A DNA stretch of 64,000 bases from an uncultured cyanobacterium (GCA_963793265.1 CAWBZI010000005.1:352001-416000), one strand, 5' to 3'. Shown: positions 9,946 through 20,958, counted from the stretch's first letter. The notes: generated from the sequence alone by a model not told the origin. Made by a program: numbers and translations.

Positions 9946-12900
9946 ATGAGCCAGGTATCTGCCAAAGCGATCGCTTCAAAAACCTCTCTAGTACTACTCC
10001 CTTTCCTAAGTATTGTTGCACCTGCTGCTGACGCATTTGCTCAGGTCGTGTCGGCTGAGGGTGTCACGACGGTAGATTTTGTAGGCGATCGCATCGACAT
10101 TACGGGGGGTTATAACACGAGTGACAATACCAACCTTTTCCATAGTTTTGATCAGTTCGATGTCTCCGATGGACAGACCGCTAACTTTGTCATTGCCCCG
10201 ACCGTCCAGAATGTTATTGGCAAAGTAAATAGCAGCAGCGCTTCTACTATCGACGGAACGCTACAAGTGAGCGGTAGCAGTGCCAGCTTGTATCTGATGA
10301 ATCCAGCGGGTGTTTTGATAGGGCCAAACGCACAGCTCAATTTATCAGGCGGGTTTACAGCGACAACGGCAACCAGTCTTGAATTTAACGGCGGCTATGC
10401 AAATGTATTGGGCGCTAGCGACTATAGCGAATTAACCGGAGATCCAACAGCATTTCACTTTGCGACCGATCAACCAGGAGCGATCGTCAACTTGGGCGAC
10501 CTCAGCGTCTCTCAAGAACAGTCGTTGAGTTTGATGGGTGGCACTGTTGTAAATGATGGCAAGTTGAATGCGCCTGAAGGGACAGTAGCGATCGCGGCTA
10601 CAGAAGGCAACAATACTATTCGGATCTCACAAGAGAATCAACTGCTGTCTTTAGAAATAGAAGCAGGCGCTTTTCCAACTGACACAGGCGGCGCGATTAC
10701 AGCCGAAAGTATTAGCCAAATGCTGACAGGTGGAAGCTCAACAAGCGCCACAGCTTTGACGACGCAGGCGAATGGAACAGTACAGCTAGGCCAAACACCT
10801 ATTGATGAAAGCGGCGGCAATGCCGTCATTTCGGGAAGTCTTTCCGCTAATAGTGCGATAGGCAGCAATATCGCCTACATAGCAGCGACAAAAGACATCA
10901 CTCTGACAGAACTCATTAATAATGAACTATACTTTCCGGCGCGCGCATCGCTAACGTTTGCCGCCGATGCCGATAGCAATGGCGTAGGACGCTTTGAAAT
11001 GAATCAAGGTGGTGCTATCGGCACTGATGGCGGCACTATCAACATCTCAGGAGCGGGTATTACAGCAGGTCACCTGAGAACAGACCTGACGAGCAATAAC
11101 AGCAGCAGCGGCGGCGACATTAGGCTTATTAGCAGTCGCGAAGTATCGGTAAACGCTATCAGCACTAACAGCTATTCTTTCAGTAACAACGCTGGCGATG
11201 GCGGCGATATTAGAGTAGAGGCCAACGGCGGTGATATTTTTGTTAGCGATCGAATTAAAACATGGTCTTCGGCAGCAGGCAATAATGCTGGCAGGGGCGG
11301 AGACGTTGACTTAGAGGCTGAAGGTAGTATCACGATTGCCGGAACGAGCAGCGTAGGAATTTCGTCAGGTTCTTATGCAGAGCGAAATAATGCGGGTGCA
11401 GGTGGAAGAATAACACTTACGTCGAGAGCAGGAAACATTGTTGCCGAGAGCGGTCTTTATACGCAATCGCGGGCCGACAGAAACAATACAGCAGCAGGTG
11501 GAGAGATTGCTATATCGGCCTTAGCAGGTGAGGTAAGCGTAGGGGATCTTTTAAGCTCATCGGCGGCGAATAACAACGCTGGCAATGGCGGCGATATCTC
11601 TATAGAAGCAAGAGTTATTCAAGCAGAAAGTATTAACACCAACGCAGGAAGCGATGCTGGCACTATTAACTTGTCAGGGAGCGAGCAGATTGTTGTGAGA
11701 GGAGGGCTATCGGCTATCTCGAACGATGGTGGGAGTGATGCTGATATCACTCTAACAAGCAATTTTATTAATCTCCTCGGAGAAAATAGCTCATCAGTTG
11801 ATGGAAAGAGCGTTTGGTTCAAACCTAGTGATATCGATACGGATATTGCGATAGGAGGACAGAATGAAGTCCCTGGCCTGAATATACTACAAAGAGATAT
11901 TGATACGATTGGCAGCGTAGATGAAATTATTATTGGACTGACGGATGGTGCAGGCACCATTAACATAGAGCCGAGCGTAGTCAACGAGGCAAACGCGAGA
12001 GCCCCCGTTAGCATCATTGGGGGCAAAACACTCGCTGGGCCTAATCAGAGCGATAACCGATTTAGCTTAACGGGATCGGGGCAAGGGAGCCTGCTGGGCA
12101 TCAATCTTGAGTTCTCGAATATTGAGAACTTAATAGGTGGTGATTTAACTAACCGTTTTCTGATAGAACCTGGTGCATCGTTAGAAGACTTTGATCGCAT
12201 TTCGGGAGGTACTGGCATCAGTGCTATTAGCTACGAAAACTCGCCTGGCAGCGTGACCGTTGATTTATCAGCCGTAGAAGTTGAAGATATTAGTCAAATT
12301 GTCGGCAACAGTGGCGGTAGTACGCTGCGCGGTGGAACGGGCGACAACTTTTGGACAATTCTTAGTGAGAATAGCGGCGTTATTAATGGCCTCGTTTTTG
12401 CAGGATTTGAAAATCTGCTAGGTGGCGCAGGACAAAATAGCTTTGTTATTGAAGCGGGTGGTTCTGTTGAAAGCATTGTTGGTGGTGGCAACGATGTGAT
12501 TAGCTACAACTATAGTAGCGAATCAACCGTGAGCGTTTTTGGCGATCGCGCAACTGGGATATCGTCTTTTAGCGACATAGAGCGGATTGAGAGTGGCGAT
12601 CGCAATATTTCATTAATCGGCTCTGACGCAGACGACACTTTTTTCATCACGAGCGATCGCACTGCTAGCTTCAACAGCATTACTGTTTCAGATATTCAAA
12701 GCATAGAGGGAAGAGAGGGCGCAGACACACTTGACTACAGTACGTATAGCGATCGCGTTTTAATCAATGCAGGCGATCAAACGGCAACGGGCGTTCCACA
12801 ATTTAGCAGCGTAGAAACCATCGTCGGCAGTGCTTATGAGGATGTTATTGAGGGATCTAATAACGCTGATATTTTCGAGGTTTTAGATAATAGTAATGTT

Positions 12901-15876
12901 AGAACGCTTGGCATGACGTTTTTTGACTTTGAAGTACTTGAAGGGAAAGAAGGTGCTGATGAAATCACACTGTACGGACTACCTATTGGTGGTGATAGTG
13001 AAGGAATCTATTGGAGCTTTGATGGAGAGCAAAACTCAGTTTTGAGCTTTGAATTCGACGGCTTTGAAAGATTAGTTGGCAGCACAGGTTCAGATACTTT
13101 CGATATCAATGGAGAGAATTTTTCATCCGACTTAACCATCAGAGGTGGCAGTGAAACAGGCAATCGCATTATCTCCAATAGCCGTGATTCAACTTGGAGA
13201 ATTGGTGATGCTGATGCGAATCTTCCTGGCAAAGATAGAGGAGAACTTCGGCAAGGCAACGAAACCTTACTGGCCTTCAGCGAGATTCAAAATATTCAGA
13301 ATGACAGCTTAGACTCTCAAGGACACACCGTAAGCTTTTTGAACTATAGCTCTCAAATCACAGAGTCTATTGACAGTGGCACAGCCGATCTTACGCTAAT
13401 TGGTAACGACATAAATATTGGCGAAGATAGTAGCGCTAATAATATTGGCGGCGGAATCTCAGGTGAAGGCAGGCTTACGATTCGCCCGCAAGACTCATGG
13501 GTTAGCATCGAACTGGGCGAAACAGATACTAGAGGGCCAGCGCTAAACATTACTGAAGGAGAGATTAGTGCTATTCAGGACGGGTTTTCTGAGATTGTTA
13601 TTGGGGGGGCAGAGCAGGTAGGAGAGATTCGTCTGTTAGGCGATGTTAGGTTTTCTAATGGGGTGGTGTTGCGATCGCAAGGCAATATAGATATTGAAGA
13701 CAATGAGCTATTCACCTCACGCGGCAATATTCTACTGGACACATCAGGCAATATCAGCGGCGGCAATATCACCGCGCTTGATGGTAGCGTCACCCTGAGC
13801 GCTTTGGGAAACATTAACGCTGGTACGATTATTGCGCGTGGCGAACAGGGCATTAGCGTGATTAGTGAAACAGGTAGCATGACAGCAACCGGCTCAATTG
13901 ATAGCAGCGGTAGCGTAAACGGAGGAGATGTTGAGATCTCAGCTAAAACCGATATATCTGTCGAGAGCATTACAACAGAAGGGGGGCAAAATAGCGGAGA
14001 CGTGACTATCCGCTCGCTGCAAGGCGGCATTACGGCGCGCGGAATTACAACAGCTAACGGCAATATTAACAACGGTGTGTCGCCTCGTCGCGCAGGCGAT
14101 GTTGACTTAGAAAGCTGGGGAGGCATTTCCGTAGCGTTCATTGATGCGCGTAGTCGAGGCGGCGGCAATACTGAGGCGACTCAGATTGATATTAAAACCG
14201 ACGAGGATTTTAGCGCGACGGGATCTATTGAAAATGCTGAAACGAGGATTTTTGAAGGCGGTTCGAGCACGGCGGCGAGTATCTCTACAGTAGGAGCAAA
14301 AGCAGGCAATATAAATATTAGCTATGGCAATCCTGACCGCGCTGCTACGCTTTTTCAAGTTGGAGCTGACACCGGCAACGGCACCGCTTTTAGACTTGAG
14401 ACTAGCCCAACAAACACTATTGTCTCAGGAGAAATTTTTACTAGCTACTACAGCCAGGGTAATATTCGGCTCTTAAACAGAGGCTATTTCTCAACTGAAA
14501 CCGCCGACGTGCCAGCGACTCGTGTTATCACGACCGTCGCCAATATTCCTGAAATTCGCCAGATAGCCGTTACCGATGATAGTGAAGCTGACGAAATTTA
14601 TCAGCAGATAGAAGAGAGAAACGATCAGGCTTTTGAAGACTACTGGGGTACCACAAGTCGCGATCGCAATCGTAAAACGGTATCGCTTGCAGCGGCACAG
14701 AACGCACTAGGAGAGATTCAACGTTCTACGACTGTCAATCCAGCGCTCGTATATGTTTATTTTGTGCCGGATGCTGAGTTAGAAGCGTCGGTTAGCATCA
14801 GAACAGATGACGAAGCAAGATCAAGTGACCAGTTAGAGGTGATGCTGATTACTCAAGACGGCATACCAGTTCGACAGCGGCAGTGGGGAATCACTCGTCA
14901 GCAGGTAGACGAAGCGAGCTATGCGCTACGGCAACAGGTCACCAGTCAGTTTTCGATCCCTCGGCAGTATCTGCCTCCCGCGCAGCAGCTTTATCGCTGG
15001 ATTGTGGCACCGATTGCCGAAACGCTGCAAGCGCAAAACGTAGATAGCTTGGGATTTGTCATGGATACGGGACTACGAACGCTGCCCATATCGGCTTTGC
15101 ACGATGGCGATCGCTACTTGGTAGAAAACTACAGCTTAGGGCTCCTTCCTAGCTTGAGCCTAGCGCAAATCGGTAGCGCCTCGTATCACCAGAATAATTT
15201 CAGCGAAACAAGGGTTCTCGCAATGGGTGCTTCTCGCTTTAGAGATCAGCCTGATTTACCTGCAGTAGAGGCAGAGGTTAGCCTGATTGCGGAAGGATTG
15301 GGAGAAGGAGATGCTTTCTTGAACGAAGACTTTGTTTTAGAAACGCTACAAAGTCAGATAGACAAAGAAGACTATGGAATCATTCACTTGGCTACCCATG
15401 CTACGTTTGAATCAGGCAATCTGGAGAATTCTTATATTCAGCTTTGGGATGAAAAGCTACCGCTAGAGAAGCTAAATGATCTGCGCTTAGATCAAGAGGA
15501 TTTGAGCATGATTATCTTAAGTGCTTGTAATACGGCGGTGGGCGATCGCTCAGCAGAGTACGGTTTTGCAGGACTTGCAGTCGGCGCAGGCGCGCAGTCA
15601 GCGCTCGCAAGCCTGTGGCCTGTCAATGATGAAGGCACACTCGGCTTTATGACGCAGTTTTACGATCGGTTGGCAGAGGCTACGGTACCGACAGAGGCAC
15701 TACAGCACGCCCAAATTCGATTGATCAGCGGAGATGTCGGTATTCGCGATGGAGAAATCTACGGACTAAACGATGAAGTATTAGCCGATTTACCTGCGCT
15801 CAGAGAGAGCGGTCGCTGGGACTTCTCACATCCGTTTTATTGGTCAGCGTTCACGATGATCGGAAATCCCTGGTAG
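9946..15876 (+). CDS. Filamentous haemagglutinin N-domain / beta-helix / CHAT protease fusion protein
   Basis: NLFHSFDQF and YLMNPAGVLIG TPS motifs; Gly/Asn-rich repeats; C-terminal CHAT with IHLATHATF (His), LSACNTA (Cys) and HPFYWSAF. Confidence 0.9.
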   Translation: MSQVSAKAIASKTSLVLLPFLSIVAPAADAFAQVVSAEGVTTVDFVGDRIDITGGYNTSDNTNLFHSFDQFDVSDGQTANFVIAPTVQNVIGKVNSSSASTIDGTLQVSGSSASLYLMNPAGVLIGPNAQLNLSGGFTATTATSLEFNGGYANVLGASDYSELTGDPTAFHFATDQPGAIVNLGDLSVSQEQSLSLMGGTVVNDGKLNAPEGTVAIAATEGNNTIRISQENQLLSLEIEAGAFPTDTGGAITAESISQMLTGGSSTSATALTTQANGTVQLGQTPIDESGGNAVISGSLSANSAIGSNIAYIAATKDITLTELINNELYFPARASLTFAADADSNGVGRFEMNQGGAIGTDGGTINISGAGITAGHLRTDLTSNNSSSGGDIRLISSREVSVNAISTNSYSFSNNAGDGGDIRVEANGGDIFVSDRIKTWSSAAGNNAGRGGDVDLEAEGSITIAGTSSVGISSGSYAERNNAGAGGRITLTSRAGNIVAESGLYTQSRADRNNTAAGGEIAISALAGEVSVGDLLSSSAANNNAGNGGDISIEARVIQAESINTNAGSDAGTINLSGSEQIVVRGGLSAISNDGGSDADITLTSNFINLLGENSSSVDGKSVWFKPSDIDTDIAIGGQNEVPGLNILQRDIDTIGSVDEIIIGLTDGAGTINIEPSVVNEANARAPVSIIGGKTLAGPNQSDNRFSLTGSGQGSLLGINLEFSNIENLIGGDLTNRFLIEPGASLEDFDRISGGTGISAISYENSPGSVTVDLSAVEVEDISQIVGNSGGSTLRGGTGDNFWTILSENSGVINGLVFAGFENLLGGAGQNSFVIEAGGSVESIVGGGNDVISYNYSSESTVSVFGDRATGISSFSDIERIESGDRNISLIGSDADDTFFITSDRTASFNSITVSDIQSIEGREGADTLDYSTYSDRVLINAGDQTATGVPQFSSVETIVGSAYEDVIEGSNNADIFEVLDNSNVRTLGMTFFDFEVLEGKEGADEITLYGLPIGGDSEGIYWSFDGEQNSVLSFEFDGFERLVGSTGSDTFDINGENFSSDLTIRGGSETGNRIISNSRDSTWRIGDADANLPGKDRGELRQGNETLLAFSEIQNIQNDSLDSQGHTVSFLNYSSQITESIDSGTADLTLIGNDINIGEDSSANNIGGGISGEGRLTIRPQDSWVSIELGETDTRGPALNITEGEISAIQDGFSEIVIGGAEQVGEIRLLGDVRFSNGVVLRSQGNIDIEDNELFTSRGNILLDTSGNISGGNITALDGSVTLSALGNINAGTIIARGEQGISVISETGSMTATGSIDSSGSVNGGDVEISAKTDISVESITTEGGQNSGDVTIRSLQGGITARGITTANGNINNGVSPRRAGDVDLESWGGISVAFIDARSRGGGNTEATQIDIKTDEDFSATGSIENAETRIFEGGSSTAASISTVGAKAGNINISYGNPDRAATLFQVGADTGNGTAFRLETSPTNTIVSGEIFTSYYSQGNIRLLNRGYFSTETADVPATRVITTVANIPEIRQIAVTDDSEADEIYQQIEERNDQAFEDYWGTTSRDRNRKTVSLAAAQNALGEIQRSTTVNPALVYVYFVPDAELEASVSIRTDDEARSSDQLEVMLITQDGIPVRQRQWGITRQQVDEASYALRQQVTSQFSIPRQYLPPAQQLYRWIVAPIAETLQAQNVDSLGFVMDTGLRTLPISALHDGDRYLVENYSLGLLPSLSLAQIGSASYHQNNFSETRVLAMGASRFRDQPDLPAVEAEVSLIAEGLGEGDAFLNEDFVLETLQSQIDKEDYGIIHLATHATFESGNLENSYIQLWDEKLPLEKLNDLRLDQEDLSMIILSACNTAVGDRSAEYGFAGLAVGAGAQSALASLWPVNDEGTLGFMTQFYDRLAEATVPTEALQHAQIRLISGDVGIRDGEIYGLNDEVLADLPALRESGRWDFSHPFYWSAFTMIGNPW

Positions 15877-15919
15877 ATTTCACGTTAGTAAGTCTGATGC
15901 CTATCACTGCGGGCTACGG

Positions 15920-16408
15920 CTACACAGTAGGGCAAGCAAAGAGTGCGCCTCTAGCTTGAAAGTCAGCGATTTGTGCTTCCGATAGCTCTATTGGGGCACT
16001 GAAGATTGTTTTGCTAAAGATAGCGTCTCTAAGATTTGTTCTACGCAAGTCGGCACCGCTAAAATCGGCATCGCACAAGTCAGCTTTGTAGAAGGCGGCT
16101 TCGCTCAGATCGGCGCGGAAGAAGTCAGCTTTACGCAAGTCGGCCTCGCTGAGATTAGCACGATGAAGGTTAGCACCGCTGAAGTTAGCACCCTTCAAGT
16201 TGGCCTTGATGAGATTAGTCTTAGAGAAGTTGGCCCCAAAGAAATCAGCTCCGCTCAGATTTGCTTTGTAGAGATTAGCGCCGCTGAGTTTGGCTTGTGC
16301 TAAGTTGGCATCGGCTAAATCAGGTAGCACTCTAGGATTTTCTCTGCGCCACTGATTCCATGCCTGCGAGCCTTGAGAGAGTTTAAATAGGTGTTTTAGA
16401 TTGGCCAT
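15920..16408 (-). CDS. Pentapeptide repeat protein
   Basis: WNQWR N-terminal cap followed by tandem A(D/N)LxG/A pentapeptides. Confidence 0.93.
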   Translation of the reverse strand: MANLKHLFKLSQGSQAWNQWRRENPRVLPDLADANLAQAKLSGANLYKANLSGADFFGANFSKTNLIKANLKGANFSGANLHRANLSEADLRKADFFRADLSEAAFYKADLCDADFSGADLRRTNLRDAIFSKTIFSAPIELSEAQIADFQARGALFACPTV

Positions 16409-16696
16409 AGGGTTATTAAGTTGGCGAAGGCTTTAAAAAAGGTTGAATTAGTTGGGTTTTCTCTAGAAGATAAAAAGCTTATTTTGTAATTATTTGTAAA
16501 TGTGAGATCTGTGATTAAAAGAGTCTTTATGGTATGTATTATTGACTGTTTTAGCAGTCTTTTAACACGTCTTTCAGCGGATTTGTGTCGCCTTTTACAG
16601 TGTCATACTGCCTCTGTAGAAATGTTATTGCGGGAGTCATAGAGCTACTTTCTCGGGTGTACCTGAGAGATGTTACTTAGACAGAGGTTTCAGAGC

Positions 16697-17348
16697 GTGA
16701 GCGGCATCTGTATAGATGGTTTTAATAAGGCAGAGACAGCAGCGTTTTTAGCCCTGTCAAGCTTGCTAGGAATAGGCGCAACTGCGATGCCCTCCTATGC
16801 TTAGACTTTGGTTTGACAGCGCTCAGTTTGACGCGATCGCAAACCCCGACTACAGCATCCTCAACGGAAACCCAACAGCTTTTCAACTTAATAACTCACA
16901 GTCAGGCGCAGTCGTTAATCTTGGAAATTTGCGCGTTGGTTACAGCCAAAATCTGAGCCTAATCGGCGGGACTGTCATCAACACAGATAGCTTAATCGCA
17001 CCAGCAGGCAGTATTAATATTGCAGCAGTAGAGGGCGAAAATATTGTTCGCATCAGCCAAAACAATCAGCTTTTGTCTCTAGAGGTAGAGGCTAGGCCAT
17101 TGCAAACGATGTCAGAGATTACGCCAGAGGGTATCGGAGAGATGCTGACAGGAAGTGGGTTTGAGGATGCAACAGCTTGGGTGAAAGAGGCCAATGGGAC
17201 GGTTCGGTTGAGAAATGCTGAAGTTGCTGTTGATGAAAGGGGAGGGGAGGTGATCGCGACACTCCCTGGGCTAGCAGAAAGTGGCCAGTGGGATTTTTCA
17301 CATCCCTTTTACTGGTCGGCATTCACCATGATCGACAATCCCTGGTAG
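16697..17348 (+). pseudogene. Internally deleted paralogue of the 9946-15876 FHA-CHAT gene
   Basis: GTG 16697 opens a 35-aa signal peptide (...GATAMPSYA) that stops at TAG 16802. ORF 16797-17348 matches the early FHA region (DYS..NGNPTAF..GAVVNLGNL) fused directly to the last ~30 aa of CHAT (WDFSHPFYWSAFTMIDNPW). Confidence 0.85.
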
Positions 17349-17414
17349 AGCCCCATCGTGAGGACGGGGCCTGAGCTTCCAGCACCTTGGAAATTTAGAA
17401 AGCTCGCTAACGCT

Positions 17415-19508
17415 TTACCAAACGCGCCATTCCTCCCAATCTAAGTTGAAAATTGAAGTATTGGGGAAAGCGGTAGGATTGCCGTTTTCATTAAGTTCGC
17501 GCTGAAGCTGTTCAAGCATGGGCTCTTGCGACGGCAGGTCGTCTACCAGTTCGTAGGGGAGCACGTTGTTTCTCAGTGCGAAGTCGAGGGTTGTACCGGC
17601 TGCGGCACCGGCTGACCACTCGAAGGAATGGACGCGGTAGGCAGCGGCAGCGATGTTGCTGGTGGCGATGGTTTTGCCCGCAATCAGAAGGTTATCGATG
17701 TTTTGTGGAATCATGGCGCGCAGCGGAATTTGGCCGGGGTAGGCTTGGCCATGGGCTTTACGGATGTTCGGATATTCCATATTGCCGGGCTTTTCGTGCG
17801 GAGACTCAGTGAGGCAGGGGTGGAAGTCGATGGCGTATTGGGCGATGCCTACGGAGTCAGGGTAGATGGTGGAGCGGGTGCGACGGACAATATCGGCAGG
17901 CGGAACTTTGTCGTCTATTGCTGAGGTGGCGTTGAGTCCGGCGAGGGCGTACCAAAGTTCGCGGTAGCGGCTGGGGCCAAGTGAGGTTTGGTAGTATTCG
18001 TCGCGGTAGTCAGCCCTGGAAATGTCGATTTCGTTGACCATGAAACCGTCAGGAAAGCCGTAGCTAGGACGACCGACAATGCGGCGGGCTTCGCGAATGT
18101 AGGGGAATTTAGAGAGGCCATGGGCTGTACCCATCGGGGCATCTAGCCCGGAAATGAAGCGGTGATTGGGATTGGGTTCTTTGACGCCATCGCCAAGCTG
18201 GGAGTCGGTGTCGCCTGTGGTGAGCCAGTGGTAGTAGCTGTAGGCGTTTTCTTCGGCTTTGCGAAGAGCGTCTACGCGCAGGCCACCCATCCAGCCGCCG
18301 GGCTCTAGCTGGCCGGTAGCGGCAAGCTGATCGGCACTAAAGACGAGGTTGTCTTCGGCAGTGCCGGGACGGTAGTCGTTACCCCATGTCCAGTTTTGCA
18401 TGGAGATATCGCCGGGGGCGACTTTGGTGACGCCAAACTGTCTGCCTTCCGGGCGCGGATCGGGGGCAGCGATGCGGCGGTAGGTGAATACGTAGTCGAA
18501 GTAGTCGTTGTTGTCACGCGGGCGCTCGTAGCTGAAGTAGGGCTCGTACTGCTGGTAGTATTCGGGCTCTGGCTGGGGCTGGGGGTCGGCGGTGCGCTCC
18601 ATGCCGAAGGTGTAGGTGACGCCCTGAACACAGTAGGGATTGCGGGTTTCGGTAGGGGAGGACGGGTTGAGGTAGGAGCGTGGATCTAGGCCAAGCTGGT
18701 AGGGGATGCCAGATAGAGCGATGACTTCGCCGGTTTCGGTGGCTTCGACGACGTACCAGTCAGCGGGGCCGGTTGATTCGCCTGAAGGGGGAACGAACTG
18801 GATGATTTTTTTGGTGAACTGGTCGGAGTCTTCGTAGCTGTAGCTGTCGGTGATTGTTTCGGATAGGAGCCGGGTGTTGAGTGGAGGCGCGCCGGGAGCA
18901 GGGGTGTGTTGGATAGCGATCGCACTATCAATCATCCGACCATCTGCGCTCAGCGCTATCTCTTTAACGACCGTAGAGGGAAACCACTTAAGCTTGCCAC
19001 CGCCTTCTCTAGCTGCATCGTCGAGCATGTCTTCTAAAATAGCGTGGGCATCGCGCGGCAGGAAGCAGGAAACGCTGACCCAGCAGCCGCCGGGGTTTAA
19101 TTCGCCGTAGAAAGATTCGATGCGCTGGCGGAGGGCTTTGTAGCCTTCGGCGTAGAAGAGGAGCGATCGCTGTTTTTTCGCTTCATCTAGTGCAGAGGTG
19201 CCCTGAGAAGAAATTTGGCCGCCTACCCAGTCCGTCAGCTCCGTCATGCAAACGGTACGACCTGCGAGCAAGCTTTCATAAGCAGTTGAGGTGCCCGAGA
19301 GTCCGCCACCTACGATCAGGATTTCGCACTCTACGGTGTCGTCAATATCAACCGGAGCATCTTGCGCTACAGCCTGCCGACTGCCTAGCGGGAAAGAAGT
19401 CGCGGCGATGAGTACACTTAACGCGCCCGCAGAGGAACGACGAAAAAGACGATGTAGGAACCGAGAAGTAGCCATAGGAATGTCAGTATCAAGACGAGTT
19501 GAAATCAT
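17415..19508 (-). CDS. Exported FAD-dependent oxidoreductase
   Basis: Signal-like N-terminus (RRSSA...AVAQ), ILIVGGGLSG Rossmann motif, PYIREARR and IPLRAMIP motifs. Confidence 0.85.
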   Translation of the reverse strand: MISTRLDTDIPMATSRFLHRLFRRSSAGALSVLIAATSFPLGSRQAVAQDAPVDIDDTVECEILIVGGGLSGTSTAYESLLAGRTVCMTELTDWVGGQISSQGTSALDEAKKQRSLLFYAEGYKALRQRIESFYGELNPGGCWVSVSCFLPRDAHAILEDMLDDAAREGGGKLKWFPSTVVKEIALSADGRMIDSAIAIQHTPAPGAPPLNTRLLSETITDSYSYEDSDQFTKKIIQFVPPSGESTGPADWYVVEATETGEVIALSGIPYQLGLDPRSYLNPSSPTETRNPYCVQGVTYTFGMERTADPQPQPEPEYYQQYEPYFSYERPRDNNDYFDYVFTYRRIAAPDPRPEGRQFGVTKVAPGDISMQNWTWGNDYRPGTAEDNLVFSADQLAATGQLEPGGWMGGLRVDALRKAEENAYSYYHWLTTGDTDSQLGDGVKEPNPNHRFISGLDAPMGTAHGLSKFPYIREARRIVGRPSYGFPDGFMVNEIDISRADYRDEYYQTSLGPSRYRELWYALAGLNATSAIDDKVPPADIVRRTRSTIYPDSVGIAQYAIDFHPCLTESPHEKPGNMEYPNIRKAHGQAYPGQIPLRAMIPQNIDNLLIAGKTIATSNIAAAAYRVHSFEWSAGAAAGTTLDFALRNNVLPYELVDDLPSQEPMLEQLQRELNENGNPTAFPNTSIFNLDWEEWRVW

Positions 19509-19689
19509 TTTTCCCTAAAGCTACGCATTTGCAGTCTAGATTGACAACCCCTGGTGTATCAGTTGATCAACCATAACCAGGGGTACAGCTCGTCAAAGTG
19601 GCGCATTCCCGGTGCGGTGTAGGATGGAATTTGACTAAATTTGATGCATCGGTTGTCACAGCATCTTTGTCACGGTGGATCTCACGCAT

Positions 19690-20958
19690 ATGGCTCAAAA
19701 ACTTCTCTACATCAGCAACGGCCACGGCGAAGACAATCACTCCTCGCACATTATTCGGACGCTGCGGGCCATTCGCCCTGACTTAGATATTGCCGCACTG
19801 CCCATTGTGGGAGAAGGCAACGCCTACCGCAAAATTGACGTGCCGATTGTAGGGCCAACGTACACGCTGCCCTCAGGTGGCTTTACCTATATGAACCGGC
19901 TGCGGCTAATTGACGACATTCGCGCTGGGCTGCTGACAATGACATGGAAGCAGTATCAGGCCATGCGTGAGTATGTTGAGCAGGTAGACTTTGTAGCCGC
20001 GACGGGTGACACCATTGGTCAGGCGTTTGCTTTGCTTAGTGGCAAACCGTTTGTGTCTTTTATTTCGCCACTCTCAGCGATGTACGAAGGCAAGCTGAAT
20101 ATGGATCTGATTTTGTGGCAGATTTTGAAGTCGCCGCGATGTAAGGCGGTGGCGACGCGCGATGCCTATACGGCTGAAGATTTGCGCAGGCAAGGATTAG
20201 AGAAAGTGACCTTTGGTGGGATTCCTTCTTTAGATCGGCTGAAGCCTGCGGGCAAGGATATTCAGCTAAGCGAGGGTGAAAAAATGGTGGCGCTACTGCC
20301 GGGGTCGCGAACGGCAGAGGCGGTGAGGAACTTTAAGCTGGAGATGCAGTTGGCGCTAGAAGCCGGGCAGTTGAATGCGGCGATTAAGTTTAGGGCGGCG
20401 CTGGTGCCGAGTGTGATGGCTGAGGTGGCGGCGATCGCATCAGCCCAAGGCTGGCAGTATGAACAGCACAGGCGAGAAGACGGAACGCCCTGGGTCAAGC
20501 TCAGCCACGAGCCCACAGACGAGTATGCAAACCCGGTAGACATTCTTTGCTACAGCGATGCTTTTAGCGATATTGCCTGCCGTACGACGCTTGTGGTGGG
20601 TATGGCGGGGCTAGCGGTGGATCAGGCGATGGCGATCGGGAAGCCGATTGTGCAGATTGCCGGGGAGGGGCCGCAGTTTACCTATGCGTTTGCAGAGGCG
20701 CAGGATCGACTGTTGGGGCTGTCGGTGCAGACGATTGGGAAGCAGGCCGCGACGCCCGCGATTTTGAAAGAGGCGGCTGAGTGTGTGGTGAGGACGATTG
20801 AAGATACTGGTTATTTAGAGAAGTGTGTGGAGAATGGGCTGGCAAGGTTTGGGCCGTTTGGGGCGTCGGCGAGGATTGCGAATTTGATTTTGAAGAATAT
20901 GGATGAGGCGATAAAGGCGGTGGGTAGTGAGGAGTTGGCAATCGGAACCCACCCCTAG
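19690..20958 (+). CDS. Lipid-A-disaccharide synthase (LpxB)-related glycosyltransferase
   Basis: LYISNGHGED, ALPIVGEG, LLPGSR and GPQFTYAFAEAQ motifs of the cyanobacterial LpxB-related family. Start moved to ATG 19690. Confidence 0.85.
   Translation: MAQKLLYISNGHGEDNHSSHIIRTLRAIRPDLDIAALPIVGEGNAYRKIDVPIVGPTYTLPSGGFTYMNRLRLIDDIRAGLLTMTWKQYQAMREYVEQVDFVAATGDTIGQAFALLSGKPFVSFISPLSAMYEGKLNMDLILWQILKSPRCKAVATRDAYTAEDLRRQGLEKVTFGGIPSLDRLKPAGKDIQLSEGEKMVALLPGSRTAEAVRNFKLEMQLALEAGQLNAAIKFRAALVPSVMAEVAAIASAQGWQYEQHRREDGTPWVKLSHEPTDEYANPVDILCYSDAFSDIACRTTLVVGMAGLAVDQAMAIGKPIVQIAGEGPQFTYAFAEAQDRLLGLSVQTIGKQAATPAILKEAAECVVRTIEDTGYLEKCVENGLARFGPFGASARIANLILKNMDEAIKAVGSEELAIGTHP

Noticed and set aside
3708..14358. 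Long minus-strand Pro/Leu/Ser-rich ORFs (e.g. 3708-4493, 11619-12026, 13575-14168)
   Set aside because: Antisense shadows of Gly/Asn-rich FHA repeats.
17249..17258. GTGATCGC near the deletion junction as evidence for HIP1-mediated deletion
   Set aside because: It is a 1-mismatch site that appears to lie within the C-terminal fragment (EVIA), downstream of the likely junction.
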